Made by a program: the position numbers and the translations under genes | DNA from: Patescibacteria group bacterium | Lineage (GTDB): Bacteria > Patescibacteriota > Minisyncoccia > Phycocordibacterales > UBA9973 | NCBI GenBank assembly: GCA_040388575.1 | Contig: JAZKBO010000001.1 | Coordinates: 6,549 to 70,548, forward strand | Reading direction: 5' to 3' | DNA: 64,000 nucleotides | Shown here: positions 56,759 to 64,000 of the stretch, piece after piece | Numbering within the stretch: the stretch's first letter is position 1 | Layout of the letters: every line of letters begins with the position of its first letter | Notes under the pieces: model-generated | Databases searched by the model: none | The model's input: only the letters and a program-made list of their open reading frames with translations | What the model was told of the DNA's origin: nothing

Positions 56759-58870
56759 ATGGCCAGTATTTTTAGGGTTTTTAAATTACATAATCCATTT
56801 AAACCTGCTGGGGATCAACCCGCAGCTATTTCCAAGCTGATGGAGGGTTTAAATAAAGGTTTGCAAAAACAAACGTTGCTAGGCGCTACAGGTACCGGTA
56901 AGACTTTCACCATGGCTAATGTTATTGCGCAGCATGGTAAGCCTACGTTGGTAATAGCCCACAATAAAACTCTGGCCGCGCAGCTGGCACAAGAGTTCCG
57001 AGAATTTTTTCCAGATTCTGCAGTTCATTACTTCGTTTCTTACTATGACTACTATCAGCCAGAGGCCTACATGCCCGTTACGGATACTTATATTGAAAAG
57101 GATGCGCAGATAAATAAAGAAATCGACCGCCTGCGCCATGCTTCCACTCAAGCACTTCTTACACGCCCGGATGTTATCATCGTAGCTTCAGTTTCCTGTA
57201 TTTATGGCTTGGGTTCACCGGAGGAGTATGAAAAAGTAAATTTAAAACTTGAAGTTGGGATGAAAATGGACCGCCTAACTCTAATGAAACGCTTGATTGA
57301 AATACGTTTCGAGCGCACTAATGCGGACCTTACCCCGGGTACCTTCCGCGCCATGGGCTCGCGAGTGGAATTTATGCCGGTATCGGAGACCATTACATAC
57401 CAAATAGAAATGTTGGGTGGTACAATTTCAAAAATAAATAAAGTTGACCCAATTTCTTCCCACATTATCTCCGAGGAACAAAATATTTTTATTTTCCCCG
57501 CCAAACATTTTATAACCCAGGACTCATATTTAAAAACAGCGCTTGCGAACATAAAAAAAGAACTGTCAGCTCAATTAAAAAAGTTCGAAAAAGAAGGCAA
57601 GTTGCTGGAGGCAGAGAGAATTAAACGTCGCACCAATTACGACCTCGCCATGATTAAAGAAGTTGGCTATTGTAGTGGTATTGAAAATTATTCTCGTCAT
57701 TTGTCAGGTAAAAAAGAGGGTGAACCACCAGAGACATTACTCTCATACTTTCCCCACAAGGCCGATGGTAGTGCAGATTTCTTAACTATCATTGATGAAT
57801 CCCACGTTACCTTGCCGCAACTGCATGCCATGTATGCTGGCGACCAAGCCCGCAAAAATACCCTTGTGGAATACGGCTTCCGCCTACCATCTGCCAAAGA
57901 CAACCGGCCTCTTAAATATGAGGAATTTAGTGCACGTGTAGGCCAGGTTATTTACACTAGTGCTACTCCTGGGGATGACGAAAGGGAAGAAAAGATAGTA
58001 GAGCAAATAATCCGCCCGACAGGATTAGTGGACCCACAGACTATTGTGCGTGGGGTCAGTGAAACAGGGGAGTATAAGGGCCAGATTACGGATTTTATTA
58101 GTGAAACAGAAAAAACTATAAAAAATGGCTGGAGAGTTCTAGCTACAACGCTGACAAAAAAGATGGCAGAAGACCTGACAACGTATTTAAAAGACAAGAA
58201 AATTAAAGCGGAGTATTTACATAGTGATATTAAAACAATTGAAAGAATTCAAATTCTAACTCAGTTCAGGAAAGGTAAATTTGATGTGTTGGTGGGGGTG
58301 AACTTGCTCCGTGAAGGCTTGGATTTACCGGAAGTTGCACTTATCGGGATACTGGATGCAGACAAGGAAGGCTTTCTGCGTTCGGAAACATCCCTCATTC
58401 AAACCATCGGCCGTGCAGCACGCAATAGTGAAGGTAAAGTCATCCTTTATGCGGACAGCATTACTGGCTCGATGGAACGGGCCCTGAAGGAGACGACTCG
58501 CCGCCGCAATATCCAGCTGGCATACAACAAAGAGCATGGTATTACTCCCAAAACAATTGCTAAAAAGATTCATGATATTACCGAGGAGCTTGAGAGTGAG
58601 CATGGTAAAGCCGTAAATGCGGAATTAACTTTGGACCTGGAAGTATTCCGCCGGGCGTATAAAAAAGAAAAAGCTAAACCTTTCAAGCCCGTTGGGCTAG
58701 GGGAGAGCCACTTCTCTGACGAAGAGATCGAGGTGATGATGTATGAGAAGATAATAAAAATGAAGGAAAAAGAAATGAATAAAGCTGTCAAAGAACTCGA
58801 CTTCGAAACCGCCGCTATTTTAAGGGATGAAATAATTGTGCTTAAAACAAAGACAGAGCACAAAGTTTGA
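56759..58870 (+). CDS. uvrB: Excinuclease ABC subunit B
   Basis: GATGTGKT, YYDYYQPEAY, DESH, NLLREGLD, C-terminal UVR domain. Confidence 0.97.
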   Translation: MASIFRVFKLHNPFKPAGDQPAAISKLMEGLNKGLQKQTLLGATGTGKTFTMANVIAQHGKPTLVIAHNKTLAAQLAQEFREFFPDSAVHYFVSYYDYYQPEAYMPVTDTYIEKDAQINKEIDRLRHASTQALLTRPDVIIVASVSCIYGLGSPEEYEKVNLKLEVGMKMDRLTLMKRLIEIRFERTNADLTPGTFRAMGSRVEFMPVSETITYQIEMLGGTISKINKVDPISSHIISEEQNIFIFPAKHFITQDSYLKTALANIKKELSAQLKKFEKEGKLLEAERIKRRTNYDLAMIKEVGYCSGIENYSRHLSGKKEGEPPETLLSYFPHKADGSADFLTIIDESHVTLPQLHAMYAGDQARKNTLVEYGFRLPSAKDNRPLKYEEFSARVGQVIYTSATPGDDEREEKIVEQIIRPTGLVDPQTIVRGVSETGEYKGQITDFISETEKTIKNGWRVLATTLTKKMAEDLTTYLKDKKIKAEYLHSDIKTIERIQILTQFRKGKFDVLVGVNLLREGLDLPEVALIGILDADKEGFLRSETSLIQTIGRAARNSEGKVILYADSITGSMERALKETTRRRNIQLAYNKEHGITPKTIAKKIHDITEELESEHGKAVNAELTLDLEVFRRAYKKEKAKPFKPVGLGESHFSDEEIEVMMYEKIIKMKEKEMNKAVKELDFETAAILRDEIIVLKTKTEHKV

Positions 58871-58921
58871 CTAAATCCTTAAAAGTTGTAGATTTCTTTG
58901 TGAAGGGAACATGGAGGGAAC

Positions 58922-59230
58922 ATGGACAAAAGCTTGAAACCACTCATGTACGTCGGCCTGGCGTTTCTACTCTCGATAGCGACGCTTGCTGTCGGAGCTG
59001 ACTACGTTGACAGGAATCGGGATTACAGCCCCGAGATCGCAATTGCTCGCACGCTCATCGAAGGCGGCACCGTGTCGGGGGAATTTAATGGCTTCCGACA
59101 GACTGCCTGCTCAGGCGACAGCATCACGAAGTTCTTTCTGAAACAGGCCGCGGCAGATGGTCTTGACCCAGAAAAGATTAAACGTCTTTGCAAAGAGACG
59201 GAAATGATCTGGCCTGGAGCGAGGCGCTAG
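58922..59230 (+). CDS. Secreted/membrane hypothetical protein (GC-rich cassette)
   Basis: GGAGGG SD; N-terminal hydrophobic segment; TTGACT...TAGATT promoter. Confidence 0.6.
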   Translation: MDKSLKPLMYVGLAFLLSIATLAVGADYVDRNRDYSPEIAIARTLIEGGTVSGEFNGFRQTACSGDSITKFFLKQAAADGLDPEKIKRLCKETEMIWPGARR

Positions 59231-59322
59231 TTTGTGCTTGGGGCGAGAACAATAGTCTCGGAAAGGGAAGAGCTCGACTCGCCCCGCCGAGACTTTTCCA
59301 TTTTATATATGATTTTAAATAT

Positions 59323-59351
59323 TTGACAAAAGGGTTTAAAAGTGCTAGAAT
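59323..59351 (+). promoter_or_regulatory. Near-consensus sigma70 promoter
   Basis: TTGACA-N17-TAGAAT with extended TG. Confidence 0.7.
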
Positions 59352-59396
59352 TCTAAATAGATTTTGAAATAAAAATGGTCTAGGAGGCCACCGTAG

Positions 59397-59870
59397 ATGG
59401 CTAAAACAGCACTGATGATGACCGGAGCGGGCTCGTTCAGCCATGCCCTTGGCGCAATGCTAAAGGTAAACGGCTGGAAGATCCTTGCCTCCTCGGGCAC
59501 AACTCTCTTCTTGCGTGAGCAGAGTGTAGAGGCAGCCGATGTATATGACGGCAAGGCGAAAGGCACTGGCGAGCGCGAGCTCGCAGCCTGTGACATCGCC
59601 AAGGCGATTCTCGGCGACAAAGCCGAGCTCACCAAGCTCGGCGTCGACTCGATCGATCTCGTGGCGGTGACTCTCACTCGTCGCGTCGATCACTCCATCG
59701 ACTTTGGAGGAACCACCATCTTGCTCGCTGCTCTACATGGCGGGAAGATGGTGGTTAATGAAGACACGGAGCACGCAGCAATACTGACCTGCTTACGTGA
59801 AGAAATGACCCCTTTTGTACGAGTCAATCTCCACATCGAAGCCCGCAAACAACTCGCCAACCACTGCTGA
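59397..59870 (+). CDS. Stand-alone divergent MGS-like (PurH IMP cyclohydrolase-like) domain protein
   Basis: GWKILASSGT..FL, IDLVAVTL, SIDFGGTTIL.AA resemble the PurH N-terminal domain. Confidence 0.6.
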   Translation: MAKTALMMTGAGSFSHALGAMLKVNGWKILASSGTTLFLREQSVEAADVYDGKAKGTGERELAACDIAKAILGDKAELTKLGVDSIDLVAVTLTRRVDHSIDFGGTTILLAALHGGKMVVNEDTEHAAILTCLREEMTPFVRVNLHIEARKQLANHC

Positions 59871-59901
59871 CCTAAGCCACCCCAGCTCAACCATCCCGCC
59901 C

Positions 59902-59930
59902 AGCGACGCCCACGTCAGCTGGGCGTCGCT
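59902..59930 (+). terminator. Terminator hairpin
   Basis: 11-bp perfect stem AGCGACGCCCA/TGGGCGTCGCT. Confidence 0.7.
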
Positions 59931-60055
59931 ATTTCTGTAAATAATAAAAATAGAGTCTTTAAAAATACTTTAATATAAAAAGAGAAAGACGGCAGGAAGT
60001 GATGCGCGCCTGCGCGTTCTTCTCTGCCGTCGCTTGCTGTTTCGAACAGGCGCCA

Positions 60056-60355
60056 TCATTCGTTCGTGAAGAGCTCCTTACAAACCTGCTCGAGTACAGG
60101 ATTGATCTTTGCGAGCGCCGCCGAAACTTGTTCCTTTGCCGCCGCGGGCGCCGGAATCGTGCCTCGAGAGTAACCCATTTCCATCCGATAGACCATGTCC
60201 TGAATGGGGAACAAGACTCCTGTGGAGACGTCGGCCATTTCTACTTTGGGCTCAAGCTTGAGAAAGGCCGTCCCTGAGTGAGTAAACACGGAGCGTAAGA
60301 CGCCTGTGACCAGATCACGAAGTGCCAGGTTGGCTTCTTCAGGTGACATTTTCAT
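60056..60355 (-). CDS. Hypothetical protein (GC-rich cassette)
   Basis: AGGAG SD, TTGACG...TAATGT promoter, downstream GACGGCAG/CTGCCGTC hairpin (~59988-60030). Confidence 0.6.
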   Translation of the reverse strand: MKMSPEEANLALRDLVTGVLRSVFTHSGTAFLKLEPKVEMADVSTGVLFPIQDMVYRMEMGYSRGTIPAPAAAKEQVSAALAKINPVLEQVCKELFTNE

Positions 60356-60507
60356 TTTGAGTTCTCCTGTTGACTTCCGGGCTTACATTACCACTTTTTA
60401 GAAATTCGTCAATTTGGAAATTTTGTGATACAATATAGATAATTAAATATTGATACACACCCCAATAGAAGCAGGCGGGGTGTAATTGTGTTGTATAGTG
60501 AAAAACC

Positions 60508-63183
60508 ATGAAAAAGCAAGAAAATATAGATAAAATAACGATAAAGGGAGCCAGAACGCACAACCTAAAGAATGTGGATGTGGAAATGCCACGCAATAAA
60601 ATGATTGCGATTACGGGCGTTTCAGGGAGTGGCAAAAGCTCACTCGCTTTTGATACAATTTTCGCCGAAGGGCAACGCAGATATGTAGAGTCGCTATCTT
60701 CTTACGCACGCCAATTTCTAAACCAAATGCCTAAGCCGGATGTGGATGAAATAACTGGCCTCTCACCAGCAATTTCTATCGATCAAAAATCTCGCTCCAA
60801 TAACCCGCGTTCCACGGTGGCTACAATTACAGAAATTTATGATTACCTTCGCGTCATGTACGCACGTATCGGGCACCCACATTGCCCTATCTGCGGCGAG
60901 GAGATTAAAAAGCTTTCGAATGAGCAAATCCTTAATTTTATTTTAGATAAAGTAAAAACTTTTGAAAAAGGTAAGAAAAGAAAAGTTATGGGTGTAGAGT
61001 GGGATGAAACGGAGATAAGTATTTACTCGCCGGTGGTGCGCGGCAGGAAAGGGGAATATTATCAATTGCTGTACGATTTACTCGGGAAAGGATTTTCTGA
61101 AATTCGCCTTGATGGCGTAAAAAAGAAGCTCCGCGAGCAAATCACCCTTTCTAAGAATAAAGCGCACAATATTGATATCCTTGTGGATCATTTTGCAGTG
61201 CATGAATTTACAGACAATAAAGAAAGCAGCCGGATGCGCTTGGCGGAAGCTGTGGAAAGGGCGCTTATTGAGTCTGATGGATTGGTAACAATTGCTTTCG
61301 GTAATCCTGCGCAGAAGAACACCTTTTCTTCAGGTCCTCGGATCTCTGGGTCCCTCCCCCAGCCAGACCGTTCAGAAAAGCTTTCTTCTGCTCCGGAAGA
61401 GTTCGTTATGTCCGCCAAATTTGCCTGCAAGAATGATGGCTTTTCTTTTCCAGAAGTGGAGCCGCGCCTTTTCTCTTTCAACTCACCTTACGGTGCGTGT
61501 CCTGCATGTAACGGCCTCGGTACAAAATATTTCGGCGGCGATGAACCATGTGAATCTTGCCATGGTGCCCGCCTGCGCCCGGAGGCACTAAATGTTTTCA
61601 TTTCTACCGGGCATACTCGCAAAAATATTCTGGATTTAGCGGAGCTATCAATTGCTGACGCTCATGAATTTTTTAAAAATCTTAAACTTTCCGACCAAGA
61701 AAAGGAAATTTCCGTGCCAGTGGTGAAGGAGATTGAAGCCCGGCTGGAGTTCATGCTCGATGTTGGACTCGACTATTTACAGTTATCTCGTAAGGCTAAC
61801 ACGCTCTCGGGCGGGGAAGCCCAGAGAATAAGGCTGGCTTCCCAACTGGGCTCTAGGCTCGTAGGGGCACTATATGTGCTGGATGAGCCTACGATTGGAC
61901 TACATCAGCGGGACAATGACCGCTTAATAAAAACCTTGCTGCATTTGCGCGACTTAGGGAACACAATTTTAATTGTGGAGCACGATGAAGACACAATTTA
62001 CGCTTCGGATTACATAGTGGACATCGGGCCTAAGGCCGGAGTGCATGGGGGTAAAATAATTGTCTCTGGATATTTAGATGAGCTTCTAACTGCCAAAAAG
62101 AATACAAATAATTCTAGAACTCTCGCATACTTGCGAGGTGAAGAAAAAATAGAAGTACCTAAAAAACGCCGGGAAGCTAAGGGTCAGTTGCGAATCGTTG
62201 GCGGTAAAGCATTTAATATTAAAAATATGAATGTGGAAGTGCCGCTTGGCGTGATGACTTCTATCACTGGCGTGTCAGGCTCGGGTAAAAGCTCCTTAAT
62301 GTATGAAATTTTATATAAAAACCTACAAGCACGTTATGAGCGCAAGTATCGTACTGCTCAAACATTCAATTGTGCGAGTTTTTCAGGGACAGAATACTTA
62401 ACAAGAGCAATTTTGATCGATCAGTCACCAATTGGCCGCACACCGCGCTCCAATATTGCAACCTACACTGGAACTTTTACACACATTCGTGATTTGTTTG
62501 CCACTACTGAAGAAGCGCGGCTACGTGGCTGGAAGGCAAACCGCTTTTCTTTCAATGTTCGTGGTGGCCGCTGTGAAGCGTGTGAAGGTAATGGTGAGAT
62601 AGCAGTAGAGATGCACTTCCTGCCCACGGTTTACGTTACCTGTGATGTTTGTGATGGTAAACGCTTTGATAAAGAAACTTTGACGGTAAAATACAAAAAG
62701 AAAAATATTTATGAAGTGTTAAAAATGACAGTGGAAGAGGGGCTTACATTCTTTAAAGATATCCCAGCTGTTTCTGATAGATTACAAACACTCATTGATG
62801 TGGGGCTGGGCTACCTCGAGCTCGGGCAGAGCGCCACCACACTCTCGGGTGGGGAAGCGCAGCGAGTAAAAATCTCCAGCGAGTTATTCCGTCCTCATTA
62901 TGAAAAGACCATTTATTTACTGGATGAGCCCACAGTAGGGCTACATTATGACGATGTGCAAAAGCTCCTGGAAGTGCTCAATAAGCTTGTAAACAAAGGG
63001 CATACCGTCGTCTTGATCGAACACAACCTCGACATAGTTAAAAGCTCGGATTACATTATAGACATAGGGCCCGAGGGAGGCGTAAAGGGTGGGCACTTGG
63101 TAGCAAAAGGTACACCAGAGGAAGTGGCCAATAATCCTAAAAGTTATACCGGAAAGTATCTTAAAAAGGTATTGAGGAAATGA
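60508..63183 (+). CDS. uvrA: Excinuclease ABC subunit A (contains in-frame palindromic insert)
   Basis: Two ABC modules GVSGSGKS, LSGGEAQR, LDEPT; Zn-finger Cys motifs. Confidence 0.97.
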   Translation: MKKQENIDKITIKGARTHNLKNVDVEMPRNKMIAITGVSGSGKSSLAFDTIFAEGQRRYVESLSSYARQFLNQMPKPDVDEITGLSPAISIDQKSRSNNPRSTVATITEIYDYLRVMYARIGHPHCPICGEEIKKLSNEQILNFILDKVKTFEKGKKRKVMGVEWDETEISIYSPVVRGRKGEYYQLLYDLLGKGFSEIRLDGVKKKLREQITLSKNKAHNIDILVDHFAVHEFTDNKESSRMRLAEAVERALIESDGLVTIAFGNPAQKNTFSSGPRISGSLPQPDRSEKLSSAPEEFVMSAKFACKNDGFSFPEVEPRLFSFNSPYGACPACNGLGTKYFGGDEPCESCHGARLRPEALNVFISTGHTRKNILDLAELSIADAHEFFKNLKLSDQEKEISVPVVKEIEARLEFMLDVGLDYLQLSRKANTLSGGEAQRIRLASQLGSRLVGALYVLDEPTIGLHQRDNDRLIKTLLHLRDLGNTILIVEHDEDTIYASDYIVDIGPKAGVHGGKIIVSGYLDELLTAKKNTNNSRTLAYLRGEEKIEVPKKRREAKGQLRIVGGKAFNIKNMNVEVPLGVMTSITGVSGSGKSSLMYEILYKNLQARYERKYRTAQTFNCASFSGTEYLTRAILIDQSPIGRTPRSNIATYTGTFTHIRDLFATTEEARLRGWKANRFSFNVRGGRCEACEGNGEIAVEMHFLPTVYVTCDVCDGKRFDKETLTVKYKKKNIYEVLKMTVEEGLTFFKDIPAVSDRLQTLIDVGLGYLELGQSATTLSGGEAQRVKISSELFRPHYEKTIYLLDEPTVGLHYDDVQKLLEVLNKLVNKGHTVVLIEHNLDIVKSSDYIIDIGPEGGVKGGHLVAKGTPEEVANNPKSYTGKYLKKVLRK
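61311..61391 (+). repeat. Intragenic palindromic element, copy 3 (in uvrA)
   Basis: Arms GCAGAAGAACACCTTTTCT / AGAAAAGCTTTCTTCTGC; core with CTGGG-TCCCTCC-CCCAG; encodes QKNTFSSGPRISGSLPQPDRSEKLSSA. Confidence 0.92.
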
Positions 63184-64000
63184 AATCTGAATTTTTAAAA
63201 AAACAGAACAAAGGAAAAGGTTTGCCAGACAAGCCCGGAGTGTATTTCTTTTTGCAAGATAAAAAAATAATCTATATTGGTAAAGCTACATCACTGCGGA
63301 GCCGGACCAAAAGTTATTTTAGTCCGGATTTAATAAATACTCGCGGGCCGGTAACACTAGAGATGGTATTCAAGGCCAATAATATTAAATGGCAGGAGAC
63401 GGATTCCGTATTAGAAGCGTTAATCCTCGAAGCGAACCTGATAAAAAAATACCAACCTTATTACAATATTAAAGAAAAGGATGATAAAAGTTGGAACTAT
63501 GTTTGCATAACTCGTGAAAAATTACCCAAAGTTCTTATTCTTCGTGCTAAGCAGCTCGTGATCTTCAAAGGAAAAAGCTTTTCTTCAGGTCCTCGGATTC
63601 CTGGGTCCCTCCCCCAGCCAGACCGTTCAGAAAAGCTTTATTCCTTCTCCGCTTGTTACGGTCCGTATACTAGCGGTCCGCAACTACAGGAAGCAATGAA
63701 GATAATTAGGCGGATTTTTCCATACCTGGATGATAAAAGTAAAAATTATCTGCAATTTTATAAACAAATTGACCTAGTGCCGGACCTAGAGGATAGAAAA
63801 AAATATTTAAGAAATATTAAAAACTTAAAACTATTCTTCGAAGGAAAGAAAAAAAGAATTTTGAGTAATCTTAAAAAAGAAATGAAAGCTTATGCCAAAG
63901 TGCGTGCTTTCGAAAAAGCAGGGGAAGTAAAGAAACAAATTTTTGCACTCGAGCACATTAATGATGTTGCACTCCTTAAAGAGGATAAAAATATAACTTC
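63180..64000 (+). CDS. uvrC: UvrC-family GIY-YIG excinuclease, 3'-partial (contains in-frame palindromic insert)
   Basis: ATG overlaps uvrA stop; LPDKPGVYFF...IYIGKATSLR.R..SYF...EALILEANLIKKYQPYYN; UVR motif FEKAG; frame open to window end. Confidence 0.88.
   Translation, partial: MKSEFLKKQNKGKGLPDKPGVYFFLQDKKIIYIGKATSLRSRTKSYFSPDLINTRGPVTLEMVFKANNIKWQETDSVLEALILEANLIKKYQPYYNIKEKDDKSWNYVCITREKLPKVLILRAKQLVIFKGKSFSSGPRIPGSLPQPDRSEKLYSFSACYGPYTSGPQLQEAMKIIRRIFPYLDDKSKNYLQFYKQIDLVPDLEDRKKYLRNIKNLKLFFEGKKKRILSNLKKEMKAYAKVRAFEKAGEVKKQIFALEHINDVALLKEDKNIT
63568..63646 (+). repeat. Intragenic palindromic element, copy 4 (in uvrC)
   Basis: Arms AAGGAAAAAGCTTTTCT / AGAAAAGCTTTATTCCTT; same core; encodes KGKSFSSGPRIPGSLPQPDRSEKLYSF. 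Confidence 0.92.

Noticed and set aside
56759-58870. A fifth element copy in uvrB (extra C-terminal segment KPFKPVGLGESH)
   Set aside because: No TCAGGTCCTCGG or CCAGACCG core and no enclosing arms were seen.
55904-60412. tRNA-Lys as the integration site of an island
   Set aside because: No integrase and no duplicated tRNA 3' end were seen; the flanking genes are core.
61311-61391. Palindromic element as a hammerhead ribozyme (CTGAAGA on the minus strand)
   Set aside because: CUGANGA is absent from the pcrA and polA copies and there is no correctly placed GAAA.
21778-63646. Repeat copies as a CRISPR array, inteins or group I/II introns
   Set aside because: The copies are kilobases apart with no spacers or cas genes, are far too short, and lack intein C/S...HN ends and intron core motifs.

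Overview
This looks like a reduced-genome bacterial chromosome segment; gene content (VirB4/PrgI/pilin cluster, minimal housekeeping set, apparently leaderless genes) suggests Patescibacteria/CPR, which is an inference. It spans the dnaA region (jag-yidC-yidD-rnpA-rpmH <> dnaA-dnaN). It also carries pnp, pcrA/uvrD, rsmA, a T4SS-like/pilin cluster, a class A PBP, tyrS, ruvC, ruvB, a PilB/GspE ATPase, polA, a holA-like gene, tRNA-Lys(UUU), uvrB, uvrA and a partial uvrC. The main observation is a ~78-97 bp structured palindromic element with an invariant core (TCAGGTCCTCGGAT...GCCAGACCGTTC), copy-specific but self-complementary outer arms and a covarying inner hairpin. It lies in-frame and in sense orientation inside four nucleotide-excision-repair genes (pcrA, polA, uvrA, uvrC) and is read in different frames. 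Other points: a divergent FtsZ/tubulin-family gene in a GC-rich operon, a 6S-like ncRNA candidate, a 46-aa very acidic ORF after ruvC, and two expression styles (leaderless core genes versus GC-rich cassettes with their own promoter, SD and terminator). Everything was read by eye; no searches were run.
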